NCBI GenBank assembly: GCA_038916785.1
Contig: JBCLBO010000010.1
Span: forward strand, 2,933-66,932
Origin: Candidatus Hydrogenedentales bacterium
GTDB lineage: Bacteria; Hydrogenedentota; Hydrogenedentia; Hydrogenedentales; GCA-2746185
DNA length: 64,000 nucleotides
Reading direction: 5' to 3'
The notes beneath the pieces are model-generated. The model worked only from the letters and a program-made list of their open reading frames with translations, was not told where the DNA came from and made no database searches. Shown piece by piece: positions 38,284 to 47,028 of the stretch (positions within the stretch are counted from its first letter, which is position 1; every line of letters begins with the position of its first letter). Both the position numbers and the translations under genes were made by a program.

Positions 38284-39861
38284 ATGTACAACTTGGTTCG
38301 AATTCTGGAAGACTCGGCGCGCGACCAGCCCGGCAAGGAGGCGGTGGTCTATGGCGACATCCGGCTGAACTACGGACAGCTCAATGCGCTGGCGTCGCAG
38401 GTGGCGAACGGGCTGAAGGCGCGCGGGATTCGCAAGGGGGACAAGGTCGCGCTGACGTGTCCGAACTTGCCGTACTTCCCGATCGTGTATCTGGGCATCC
38501 TGAAGGCTGGGGCCACGATGGTGCCGCTCAGCGTGCTGCTGCGGCCGCGCGAGATTCAGTATCACCTGTCGGATTCGGAGGCGGTGCTGTACATCTGCTT
38601 CGAGGGCACGCCCGAAATGCCGATGGGAAAGAGCGGGCACGAGGGCTTCGAGCAGGTGGAGACCTGCAAGGAATTCCTCATCATCCCGACGATCCCGGGG
38701 GCGGACTCGCCGATGCCGGGCGTGAAGACGCTGAACGATTTAATCCACAACCAGCCGATGACATTCGAGACGGTGCAGTGCCGGCCGGACGACACGGCCA
38801 TCGTTATTTATACCTCGGGCACGACCGGCCGGCCCAAGGGCGCGGAGCTGACGCATTCGAATTTGCTGATGAACTGCATGGTGTCTAGCCGGCTGTTCGA
38901 GTTTCAGCCGGACGACCGCACGCTCATCGTGTTGCCGATGTTCCACTCCTTCGGCGTGAGCATGATGAACTCGACGCTGCTGAACGGCGGCACGATGGTG
39001 CTGTTGCCGCGTTTTGATACGGCGACGGTGCTGCACATCTTCGTGAAGGAGCGCGTGTCGATTTTTGGCGGCGTGCCGACGATGTACTGGGAGTTGCTGA
39101 ACTACCAAAATGCCGCTGTGGACTTCGTGAAGATCCGCGAGCGCTTGCGGCTGTGTATCTCGGGCGGCGCTTCGCTGCCGGTCGAGGTACTGCGCGGGTT
39201 CGAGGAAAAGTATCAGGTGAAAATCCTCGAAGGCTATGGTCTGAGCGAAACCTCGCCCACGGCGACGTTTAACCGGCCCGACCGCGAGCGCAAGGTGGGC
39301 TCGATTGGGCTGCCGATCTGGGGCGTGGAGGTGAAGGTGGTCGATGACGAAATGAACGATCTTCCCGTTGGCAAGGAAGGCGAAATCGTCATCCGCGGGC
39401 ACAACGTGATGAAGGGGTATTACAAGCGCGACGAGGCGAACGAGGAGGCCTTCAAGGGCGGGTGGTTCCACTCGGGCGACATCGGCAAGATGGACGCGGA
39501 GGGGTATTTTTATATCGTCGACCGCAAGAAAGACATGATCATCCGTGGCGGGTTTAACGTGTATCCGCGGGAGGTCGAGGAAGTGCTGATGACGCACCCG
39601 GACGTGTCGCTGGTCGCGGTGATCGGCGTGCCGAGCGAGGTGCACGGCGAGGAAGTGAAGGCGTATGTCGTGCCGCAGACGGGCGCGAAGCCGGCGCCCG
39701 AGGCGCTGATCGCGTGGAGCAAGGAGAACATGGCGGCGTACAAATATCCGCGGATGATTGAGATCGTGTCGTCGTTGCCGCTCGGGCCGACGGGGAAGAT
39801 TCTGAAGCGCGAGTTAAAAGATATGGACAAAGCGAAGAGGGCGGCGGCCGGTGCGAAGTGA
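38284..39861 (+). CDS. Long-chain-fatty-acid--CoA ligase / AMP-dependent synthetase (paralog 2)
   Basis: Alignable to paralog 1 over its full length. YTSGTTGRPKGAE, GYGLSETSP, GWFHSGD, PLGPTGKILKRELK. Confidence 0.85.
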   Translation: MYNLVRILEDSARDQPGKEAVVYGDIRLNYGQLNALASQVANGLKARGIRKGDKVALTCPNLPYFPIVYLGILKAGATMVPLSVLLRPREIQYHLSDSEAVLYICFEGTPEMPMGKSGHEGFEQVETCKEFLIIPTIPGADSPMPGVKTLNDLIHNQPMTFETVQCRPDDTAIVIYTSGTTGRPKGAELTHSNLLMNCMVSSRLFEFQPDDRTLIVLPMFHSFGVSMMNSTLLNGGTMVLLPRFDTATVLHIFVKERVSIFGGVPTMYWELLNYQNAAVDFVKIRERLRLCISGGASLPVEVLRGFEEKYQVKILEGYGLSETSPTATFNRPDRERKVGSIGLPIWGVEVKVVDDEMNDLPVGKEGEIVIRGHNVMKGYYKRDEANEEAFKGGWFHSGDIGKMDAEGYFYIVDRKKDMIIRGGFNVYPREVEEVLMTHPDVSLVAVIGVPSEVHGEEVKAYVVPQTGAKPAPEALIAWSKENMAAYKYPRMIEIVSSLPLGPTGKILKRELKDMDKAKRAAAGAK

Positions 39862-39872
39862 GGCGCCGGGTG

Positions 39873-39914
39873 GATGAGATTGCTTCGTCGCGACCGCGCT
39901 CCTCGCAATGACGG
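39873..39914. repeat. REP-C family element, second copy
   Basis: GATGAGATTGCTTCGTCGC, GACCGC, GCTCCTCGCAATGACGG, 12 nt after the paralog 2 stop. Confidence 0.8.
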
Positions 39915-39947
39915 GGGCGCGCGAGTTGAAGGACAAGGACTGGGGAC

Positions 39948-40055
39948 GTGGCCGACGTCTTGACGCTGTACACCAAGTTGGGGTTCCGCATCGTCGGATA
40001 CGACAACTGGATTGTGACGAACTATCGCAACGTGGTCATGAGCAAGCGGTTATAG
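39948..40055 (+). pseudogene. Possible C-terminal fragment of a GNAT acetyltransferase
   Basis: VADVLTLYTKLGFRIVGYDNWIVTNYRNVVMSKRL* resembles the last beta-alpha-beta of GNAT proteins (..LY.KLGF...G......). The frame is closed by a stop 7 codons upstream, so no intact gene exists. Confidence 0.35.
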
Positions 40056-40418
40056 CGGCTTCGACCAAGAGCAGATTGACCACAGATGGATACTGATGGA
40101 TATTGATAAGCCAGCAGATTCGGAAAGGACTTCGCTTGAGATCGCTGGACAGTCATGCATTACTAGTGAAATCGCCGGAGACAATGCTTGCCGAACAATG
40201 AATAGGATCGAGCCGTAAGAATGCCAGCGTGCTTGGGGTCATCTGCGTCCGTCCGTATCCACCGGTGGTTAAGTTGATCTAAATAGCCGTTCACATTCCC
40301 GGATCACTCTATTCGCGAGGGAAAACTTCCGTTAGTTTGTGCGCGATCATACACGTTGTAGTTTCCCGGCCTGCCGACGGGGAGATTCTTCGCTATCGCT
40401 GCTGAGAAAACGCGTCCG

Positions 40419-40454
40419 CCACGGTAGGGCGGGTCATGACCCGCCCTACCGTGG
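40419..40454. repeat. REP-B family palindrome (perfect 36-nt palindrome)
   Basis: CCACGGTAGGGCGGGTCA / TGACCCGCCCTACCGTGG, 28 nt downstream of the cysH stop. Confidence 0.9.
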
Positions 40455-40481
40455 CCTAGGCGTGGCGCGCGACGACAATCG

Positions 40482-41237
40482 CTAGATTCCGCCGCCCATG
40501 GTGTTGGTCTGGATGCCGCACTCTTTGTCGTTGTCTTCGAGGGCGTTGAACCAGCGCCAGCGGCCGGCGCGGGCGTCTTCGTGGGGCAGCGTTGGCGTCG
40601 AGCAGATGACGCAGCCGATGCTGCGGTAGCCTTGGTCGTAGAGTTTGTTGTAGGGCAGGTTGTTCTGGCGGACGTAGTCCCAGAGCTGGCCTTCGCTCCA
40701 GTCCGCCAGCGGGGCGAGCTTGATGATGCGCCCGCGGCTCACCGGCGCGTAGCCGGCCTTCTGCGTGTCGGCGCGGCCCTCGGACTGGTCCTGGCGCAGG
40801 CCGGTGATCCATACGTCGACCGTATCGAGCGCGCGGACGTTCGGCTCAACTTTGCGAATCTGGCAGCAGAACTCCTGCTTGTCTTTCGAGTCGAAGAAGA
40901 GATATTCGCCGTGCTGCTTGACCATGCGCGCGACGCGTTCGGGTTCCGGCTTGAAGCGCTCGATGGTGATGCCGTAGCGGGCTTCGAGTTCGTCAATGAG
41001 TTGGTAGGTCTCCGGCGGGAGGCGCAGGGTGTCCACCGTGAGCACGCGCAGGTCGGGCGCTACGCGGCTGGCCATGTCGATGGTGACGGTGCCGGCGTTT
41101 TGAAAACTGGTGATGATTCCCGCGCGATCGCCGTAGTTCGTCCAGGCCCAGCGCAAAAGGTCCTCCGGGCCCATCGCGTTCAATTCCTCGATGAGCTTCG
41201 GGTCTTCGCTAATGGCCTTGGTCAGTGGCGTCCCCAT
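40482..41237 (-). CDS. cysH: Adenylyl-sulfate / phosphoadenylyl-sulfate reductase (thioredoxin-dependent, Fe-S type)
   Basis: PAPS-reductase fold (IITSFQNAGTV), Cys pair EFCCQIRKVEP plus GCVICS (CC...CxxC, Fe-S type), C-terminal KECGIQ (ECG motif). Confidence 0.85.
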   Translation of the reverse strand: MGTPLTKAISEDPKLIEELNAMGPEDLLRWAWTNYGDRAGIITSFQNAGTVTIDMASRVAPDLRVLTVDTLRLPPETYQLIDELEARYGITIERFKPEPERVARMVKQHGEYLFFDSKDKQEFCCQIRKVEPNVRALDTVDVWITGLRQDQSEGRADTQKAGYAPVSRGRIIKLAPLADWSEGQLWDYVRQNNLPYNKLYDQGYRSIGCVICSTPTLPHEDARAGRWRWFNALEDNDKECGIQTNTMGGGI

Positions 41238-41325
41238 AGGACGAGGGTATCCCGGCAGAGTCTAACACCTCTATTTAATCCTTACATAAGTTATCAAATA
41301 AGTCAAGTATGATTTTAGCTGGTGA

Positions 41326-41781
41326 TTAGGCGTAAATGGGCTCGCAATGGACCTCAGTCTTGACCGAATTCGCGATGAAGCACTGTTCGTGCGCTTCATG
41401 ATGCACCCTGCCGATCTGTTCCAAAGTGGGGATGCGTTCGCCGCTGAACGTGACCTTCGGGCGCAAGTAGACCCGTGTCATGACCAGCTTGCCGTCAGCG
41501 TTCTTCTCCAGATGGCCGACGGCGTCGTCGTCGTAGGAATCGAGCCGGAAACCCTTGCGCGAGGCAATCGCAAGGAAGGAAAGCATGTGGCAGCTTGAGA
41601 GGGCGGCGACAAAGGCGTCCTCCGGGTCGACGCGATCGGGGCTGCCGCGGAAAGCCGGCGCGGCGGATGCGGGCACCTGCACGCCACCCTTGAAGGCCCA
41701 GATGTGGTCGCGGGTGTAGGCCTCGTAGGAGAAGTCGTCCTTCGTGCGCTGCCAGGTAACTGAGACTTTGTGTTCGGCCAT
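41326..41781 (-). CDS. OsmC/Ohr family peroxiredoxin-like protein
   Basis: ATG 41781 (MAEHKVSVTWQR). Conserved Cys contexts ALSSCHMLSF and HEQCFIANS. Confidence 0.8.
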   Translation of the reverse strand: MAEHKVSVTWQRTKDDFSYEAYTRDHIWAFKGGVQVPASAAPAFRGSPDRVDPEDAFVAALSSCHMLSFLAIASRKGFRLDSYDDDAVGHLEKNADGKLVMTRVYLRPKVTFSGERIPTLEQIGRVHHEAHEQCFIANSVKTEVHCEPIYA

Positions 41782-41913
41782 GCATCTCTCCCGGTCCGCA
41801 GCGGGCCGCGAATTATTATAGTCAAACAAGTCCGGCCGCACTATACTAAAGGCCGACGGCGCGCGGGTAGTGTCCCACTGAGGCGTCCCCCGCGCGCAAA
41901 GGAACCCATACCC

Positions 41914-43236
41914 ATGCGCACACTCCGCACCGCCGCAATTTTCTTCACGGCATTCGCCGCGATGCCGATATTCGGCGAGGACACGAAGACCCTTGGGGAG
42001 ATCTTGGCGGAGATCGATGAGAAAGCCTCGAAGATCGAAACGTATTCCGCCGATCTCGCCACGCAGACGAACCTGGGCAGTATGAAGATGAGCTTTGACG
42101 GGTCCGTTCGCGGCAAAGGCTCCATGTACGATTCGATCATGAGCATGGACATGTTCGGCCTGAAGACGGGCAGGCGCACGGTCACCGGCGCGGACGGGAT
42201 CATGTGGATCGAGATGGACATGATGGGCGAGAAAACGGTCATGAAGACGACGGCCGAGAAAATGACGCGCGCAGTGAGCGAGATGGCGGGCGGATTTTTC
42301 GGGTTCGCAAACGTGTTCACGGGATCGAATATGTCGCCCGACCCGCGCACGCTACTCAAGACGTACTCGGAGGCCTACGATTTCGAAAGTGCCGCCGCCG
42401 AGGATCTCGATGGCACGCGCGTGTACGTCATCGCCGGGAAGTTGAAAGGCGATGCGGCGGCCGAGGCCGAGGACGACGACGAAGAAGGCGTCGAGGCGGC
42501 CGCGGGCGAAGAGGACGAGGAGATGCTGCTTGCCTTCGCCGATCTGATGGGCGGATTCGGCCGGGTGAAAATCTTCGTGGGGGCGGACGACGGGTTTGCG
42601 CGCAAGGTCGAGATGTTGAACAAGAACGACTCGCCGGTCTTGACACTTGTCTATAGCAACATCCGGATCAATCCGCCGATCGAGGACAGCGTCTTCGCGT
42701 ATACGCCGCCGGACGGCGTTGAAGTCATGGACATGGCGGAGATGATGAACGGCGGCGCGAGTTTCAGCGGCGCCGGGTTTGACGGAGGCGGCTCCGGTTT
42801 CAATACCAAATTAGCAGTCGGCGATATGGCGCCGGACTTCGAGGGAACGTCCTCGGACGGGAAGTCGGTGAAGCTTTCCGAGTACCGCGGTAAGATCGTC
42901 CTGCTCGATTTCTGGGCGACGTGGTGTTCGCCCTGCGTGGCGGAATTGCCCAACGTGATCAAGGCGTATGAGGAATTCCATCCGAAGGGCCTCGAAATTA
43001 TCGGCCTGAGCCTCGACGACGATCGCGCGGTTTTCGATTCGTTCGTGCGCAGCCACAAGGGCCTCGTGTGGACCCAGCTCTTCGACGGCGCGGGTTGGGA
43101 GTCCGCGATTCCCGCGCAGTACGGGGTCGATTCGATTCCGTTCACGCTGTTGCTCGACAAGGACGGGAAGATCATTGCCAAGGATCTCGCCGGCGACGAG
43201 TTAAAGGCAGCAGTGGCCGAAGCGCTCGGTGAGTAG
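41914..43236 (+). CDS. Fusion protein: LolA-like/lipoprotein-sorting-like N-terminal domain + acidic linker + TlpA/ResA-type thioredoxin domain
   Basis: ATG 41914 with signal MRTLRTAAIFFTAFAAMPIFG. Acidic AAEAEDDDEEGVEAAAGEEDEE linker. C-terminal VLLDFWATWCSPCVAELP (WCxxC) and SIPFTLLLDKDGKII. Confidence 0.75.
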   Translation: MRTLRTAAIFFTAFAAMPIFGEDTKTLGEILAEIDEKASKIETYSADLATQTNLGSMKMSFDGSVRGKGSMYDSIMSMDMFGLKTGRRTVTGADGIMWIEMDMMGEKTVMKTTAEKMTRAVSEMAGGFFGFANVFTGSNMSPDPRTLLKTYSEAYDFESAAAEDLDGTRVYVIAGKLKGDAAAEAEDDDEEGVEAAAGEEDEEMLLAFADLMGGFGRVKIFVGADDGFARKVEMLNKNDSPVLTLVYSNIRINPPIEDSVFAYTPPDGVEVMDMAEMMNGGASFSGAGFDGGGSGFNTKLAVGDMAPDFEGTSSDGKSVKLSEYRGKIVLLDFWATWCSPCVAELPNVIKAYEEFHPKGLEIIGLSLDDDRAVFDSFVRSHKGLVWTQLFDGAGWESAIPAQYGVDSIPFTLLLDKDGKIIAKDLAGDELKAAVAEALGE

Positions 43237-43239
43237 TGA

Positions 43240-43264
43240 GTAGGGCGGTCATGACCCGCCCTAC
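43240..43264. repeat. REP-B family palindrome
   Basis: GTAGGGCGGTCATGACCCGCCCTAC fills the 24-nt spacer between convergent genes. Its CTA (43261-43263) is the queF stop codon. Confidence 0.85.
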
Positions 43265-43689
43265 CTCGCGAGGTATTCCGCCTTCACCGTGCTGGCGAGG
43301 CCGCCGCGAGCGTTGGCGCGAATTTCTAGGGACATTTTTTTGGGCTGAACGGCGCGGACGAGATCGTCGAGTATGCGTTTGACGAGGTGCTCGTACCAGA
43401 TGCCGACGTCGCGGTAGGACATGAGGTAGTACTTGAGCGAGCGCAGTTCGACGCATTTTTTGTGCGGCGTGTACGTCAGCGTGATTTCGGCGAAGTCGGG
43501 CAGGCCGGAGAAGGGGCACACGCTGGTGAATTCATTCGTCGTGGTGACGATCTCGATGTCGGGGCCTTTGCCGGCGTACTCGTAGTCGAAGCATTCGAGG
43601 GCGGCGGCGTCTATCGCCTCTTCGCCTTTGAAGGGCAGCCTGCGATCCTGGGCCTTGAACTGGTCTTTGGGTCTGCGTTTATTGGCCAT
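43261..43689 (-). CDS. queF: NADPH-dependent 7-cyano-7-deazaguanine reductase (unimodular QueF)
   Basis: Catalytic Cys context TSVCPFSGLPDFA and QueF motif ELRSLKYYL. Confidence 0.85.
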   Translation of the reverse strand: MANKRRPKDQFKAQDRRLPFKGEEAIDAAALECFDYEYAGKGPDIEIVTTTNEFTSVCPFSGLPDFAEITLTYTPHKKCVELRSLKYYLMSYRDVGIWYEHLVKRILDDLVRAVQPKKMSLEIRANARGGLASTVKAEYLAR

Positions 43690-44374
43690 GGTAAATGCAC
43701 TTCGAGGTGCAGGTCTCCGCGATACTCACCATTGTTAGTCCGCCGGTCTCCGGCGCGAGCGCGTTCCAAATCCAACGCGCGGCCTCTTCCGAGGTCGGGT
43801 TTTCCAGTTGCATCACGTCGTTGAGGCAGCGGTGATCGAGCCGCTCGTACACCTCCAGCAACGCCGGCGCGAGTGTATCGGCGCGGGCTGCGGCGACTTC
43901 GACGATGAAACTGTGCCCGTGCATGGTATGGCATTTGTGCGCGGCGGGCAAGCGGCGCAAGGCGTGGGCGGCTTCGAATCCGAAGCGCACGCGCTCGGGG
44001 AGGGCCTGGGCGCGGTCGATGTGCAGGAGCTTCGGCGCGAAGGCGCACTCGCCGCGAATCGCCACGCGCAGGTCCTTCAGTTGCGCGAGGCGCGGGCGCA
44101 AGCGTTCGAGCAGCCAGGCGCGCAGGCCTGCGCAGGTCACGTCGTTCATCCCGGTGACCTCGTTCAAGGTCTTGTGATCGAGCTGGTCGTAGAGGTCGTC
44201 GAAGTGCTGGGTGATGTCCGCGTAGTCCACGAGCCAGCCGAGCCGTGCGTCGCAGTCGCCCGCGACCACCAGGTCCACGACAAAGCTGTGGCCGTGCAGG
44301 CGGGCGGGGTCGTCGCGCCAGGGCGTGGCGTGGGCCGCTTCGAAGGTGAACTGTTTGACCAGTTCGACGCGCAT
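43679..44374 (-). CDS. queD: 6-carboxy-5,6,7,8-tetrahydropterin synthase (QueD) with two tandem PTPS-fold modules
   Basis: ATG 44374 shares one base with the queE stop (TGATG). Module 1 has FEAAH...LHGHSF...LDHKTLNEV. Module 2 has FEAAH...KCHTMHGHSF...LDHRCLNDV. The ORF-track N-terminal extension is Arg-rich and lies inside queE. Confidence 0.8.
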   Translation of the reverse strand: MRVELVKQFTFEAAHATPWRDDPARLHGHSFVVDLVVAGDCDARLGWLVDYADITQHFDDLYDQLDHKTLNEVTGMNDVTCAGLRAWLLERLRPRLAQLKDLRVAIRGECAFAPKLLHIDRAQALPERVRFGFEAAHALRRLPAAHKCHTMHGHSFIVEVAAARADTLAPALLEVYERLDHRCLNDVMQLENPTSEEAARWIWNALAPETGGLTMVSIAETCTSKCIYHGQ

Positions 44375-45051
44375 CACACGCCCCGTTCGGCCGGCGGCCA
44401 GACGAACTTGTGAAGCTGCAACTGGAAGCGCACGTCGAGGCGGTCGTCGAGAATCCAGCGCACGAGCTCGGCCGGCTCGATCGCGCTGAAGACAGGCGAG
44501 AAAAGGACGGCGTGGCAGCGGCGCGTCAGCCCGTATCGGCGCGCGGTGTCGCGCGCCCACTCGTAGTCTCGGCGGGAGGCGATGACGAACTTCACTTCGT
44601 CCCGCGCGTTGAGCGCTTCGATGTTTGGCCAGAAGTTTTTTTCGCATTCGCCGCTGTCGGGGCATTTCAAGTCCATGATGCGGATGACGGCGGCGGGCAG
44701 CGGGTCGATCGGCAGGCTGCCGCTGGTCTCGATGAGCACGGTCATGCCGGCGTCAAGCAGTGCCTGCGCGAGATCGATGCAGGCTGGCTGCACGAGGGGT
44801 TCGCCGCCGGTGATCTCGACGAGCGGACACGCGAACTCGCGGCACTTCGCGACAATGTCGCCGATGCAGACGTTTTCGCCGCCGTAGAAGGCGTAGGCGG
44901 TGTCGCACCACACGCAGCGCAGGTTGCACCGCGCGAGCCGCACGAAGATGCACGGCAACCCCGCCCAGGTGGATTCACCCTGGACGCTCTTGTATATCTC
45001 CGTGATGCGGAGTGTTTTCTTGAGGGGTTCTGTGACGACGGATTCGGACAC
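44374..45051 (-). CDS. queE: 7-carboxy-7-deazaguanine synthase (radical SAM QueE)
   Basis: GTG start. SVQGESTWAGLPCIFVRLARCNLRCVWCDT cluster motif and TGGEPL. Confidence 0.85.
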   Translation of the reverse strand: MSESVVTEPLKKTLRITEIYKSVQGESTWAGLPCIFVRLARCNLRCVWCDTAYAFYGGENVCIGDIVAKCREFACPLVEITGGEPLVQPACIDLAQALLDAGMTVLIETSGSLPIDPLPAAVIRIMDLKCPDSGECEKNFWPNIEALNARDEVKFVIASRRDYEWARDTARRYGLTRRCHAVLFSPVFSAIEPAELVRWILDDRLDVRFQLQLHKFVWPPAERGV

Positions 45052-45433
45052 GGCGATTTACCGGGAGAGGTTTTGGACGCGGGTAGTCTACGGACATCGT
45101 GCCAAGCGGCACAAACCGCTCAGGCCTCACGGCGTACGGCAGAAGACCAGATTCTCGTGGCGACGACGCCCAGCTCCGCTGGGCTAAGTAAGCGGCAGCT
45201 ATCGCTGCCGCAGTCCAAAGAGTCGCGTGTAATTCGATTCCGAATTGTCTTGTTCAGGCGGCGGATCCTAAAGCGCTGGGCTAAATTCGTCCGACCCCTG
45301 CGGGTTCCAGCCATGTATTCGAGACTGGACTTCAATGAGCTCGTTGCGCCGGTCTTTGCGCGTGGGCGCGGCTGGATGTTAGGATTTTTGGGTTTGTGGG
45401 TGGCGTCTGCGTCTTGGCGGCGAAGGAATCTGG

Positions 45434-46195
45434 ATGTATCGCGATAAGCGCGTGGTGGTGGTGATGCCGGCCTACAACGCTGCGCGGACGCTGGAGACGA
45501 CGTACCGCGAGGTGATGGAGCAGGGCGTGGCCGATCACGTGGTGGTGGTGGACGACGCGAGCCACGACGCGACGGCCACGATCGCGCGGACGCTTCCGCA
45601 TACGACGGTCTACACGCACCCGGAGAACCGCGGCTACGGCGGCAATCAGAAGACGTGCTACCGGTTGGCGCTCGAAGCGGGCGCGGACATCGTGATCATG
45701 GTGCACCCGGATTACCAATACACGCCGCTGCTGATTCCCGCGATGGCCTCGATGATTGGCAACGGGTTGTATCACTGCGTGCTGGGTTCGCGGATTCTCG
45801 GCGGGCAGGCGATTCGGGGCGGCATGCCCTATTGGAAGTACATCGCTAACCGCGGGCTGACCTTCGCGGAGAATGTGCTGATGGGGGCCAAACTCTCCGA
45901 ATACCACACGGGGTACCGCGCGTTTTCCCGCGAACTGATCGAGAAGCTGCCGATCGAGCATAACTCCGACGATTTCGTGTTCGACAACCAGATGCTCGCG
46001 CAGATTCTGTGGTTCGGCTATGTGATTGCCGAAGTGTCGTGCCCGACGAAGTACTTCCCCGAGGCGTCAAGCATCAATTTTGGGCGCAGCGTCGTGTATG
46101 GGTTTGGCTGCCTGCATACGGCGCTGACCCTGCGCCTTGCGCGGATGGGGCTGATGAGCCTGGCGCGCTTTCCCGCGGCGGGACGCCCCGGATGA
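45434..46195 (+). CDS. Family 2 glycosyltransferase
   Basis: VVVMPAYNAARTLE, VVVDDASHDAT and VMVHPDYQY (DxD-like) motifs of GT-A fold GT2 enzymes. Confidence 0.8.
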   Translation: MYRDKRVVVVMPAYNAARTLETTYREVMEQGVADHVVVVDDASHDATATIARTLPHTTVYTHPENRGYGGNQKTCYRLALEAGADIVIMVHPDYQYTPLLIPAMASMIGNGLYHCVLGSRILGGQAIRGGMPYWKYIANRGLTFAENVLMGAKLSEYHTGYRAFSRELIEKLPIEHNSDDFVFDNQMLAQILWFGYVIAEVSCPTKYFPEASSINFGRSVVYGFGCLHTALTLRLARMGLMSLARFPAAGRPG

Positions 46196-47010
46196 GCGGA
46201 CCGGTGGCCGCGCGCCATCCGAACGAGCGGCGCTTCGAGGAGTTTTTCATCCGCGACAGCTACGTGACGCTGAAGAACTATCTCTACAATTATCTGGAGC
46301 GAAAACGCGCGATCAATCGGCGGATCGAACAGGCGCCGCGGGGACGGATCCTCGAAGTGGGCAGCGGGCTCTCGCCGATCGTGACGGAGCGGGACGATGT
46401 GATCTATTCGGAGTTGTCATTCCGGGCGATGCAAACGCTCAAGCGCGTGCAGCACCGCGGCCGCTATGTTGTCGCGGACGGTACGCGGCTGCCCTTCGGC
46501 CCGGAGTCGCTCGACCAGGTCATCTGCTCGGAGGTGCTCGAGCACGTGGAGGACGACCAATCGGCGATCGGCGAACTGGCGCGCGTGTTGCGTCCGGGCG
46601 GTCTGGCGCTGATTACGGTGCCGCACAAGAAGTCTTATTTCGCCGCGGACGATCGGTACGTGGGCCACTTCCGGCGCTATGAGATCGCCGAGATGCGCGA
46701 CAAACTCGCCCGCGCGGGGCTCGAACTTACCGCGGTGCGCAAGGTGCTCGGGCCGCTCGAAAAGGCTACCATGTTGACGATCGTGACGCTGCTCGGGGCC
46801 TTCGAGCGGGCGGGCCGGCGCGAGCAGCGGCCGCCGGCGGAGCGCGGCTCGCGGGTGGGCGCGTGGATGCGCGGCGCGCTGCGGCCGATGTTCAAGTACG
46901 CGCACCGCGGCTACGCGCTGCTCGCGCGGGCCGACGCGGCGCTGATGCCGCAATCGTGGGCGGCGGTGCTGCTGTTCGAGGGCGTCAAGCCGGGGCCCGG
47001 CAAGGCATAG
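46192..47010 (+). CDS. Class I SAM-dependent methyltransferase
   Basis: ATG 46192 overlaps the GT2 stop (ATGA). Motif I ILEVGSGLSP, post-I D, LRPGGLALITVP. Confidence 0.75.
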   Translation: MSGPVAARHPNERRFEEFFIRDSYVTLKNYLYNYLERKRAINRRIEQAPRGRILEVGSGLSPIVTERDDVIYSELSFRAMQTLKRVQHRGRYVVADGTRLPFGPESLDQVICSEVLEHVEDDQSAIGELARVLRPGGLALITVPHKKSYFAADDRYVGHFRRYEIAEMRDKLARAGLELTAVRKVLGPLEKATMLTIVTLLGAFERAGRREQRPPAERGSRVGAWMRGALRPMFKYAHRGYALLARADAALMPQSWAAVLLFEGVKPGPGKA

Positions 47011-47028
47011 GGAAATTTGCGGCGACTC

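Noticed and set aside
36213-38336. 707-aa minus-strand ORF (also 38740-39645 and 39554-40006)
   Set aside because: Antisense to the two acyl-CoA ligase genes, which carry complete AMP-binding signatures. Arg/His-rich, with no motifs.
39908-40096. 62-aa ORF starting inside REP-C (MTGARELKDKDWGRG..), and its analogue at 37986-38201
   Set aside because: Both start within a dispersed repeat, have no RBS and have low-complexity products. The GNAT-like similarity lies in a different frame.
40056-40418. Lower-GC 360-bp stretch as a candidate ncRNA or hidden gene
   Set aside because: All six frames are closed by frequent stops. The content resolves into fragments of REP-D-like, MITE-arm-like and REP-B repeats. 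I recognised no conserved RNA signatures (tRNA T-loop, RNase P, SRP or tmRNA motifs). Expression data would be needed to revisit this.
45052-45433. Possible preQ1 riboswitch upstream of queE
   Set aside because: Reading the minus strand, I could not form the short P1 stem followed by the conserved A-rich CTA/pseudoknot tail of preQ1-I. Only an unrelated 8-bp hairpin (GCGGCAGC-TATC-GCTGCCGC, 45191-45210) is present. A covariance-model scan is still needed.
45314-45447. 44-codon ORF (MYSRLDFNELVAPVFARGRGWMLGFLGLWVASASWRRRNLDVSR) overlapping the GT2 start
   Set aside because: No RBS and no recognisable family. It lies in the divergent promoter spacer. The support is too weak to call it a leader peptide.
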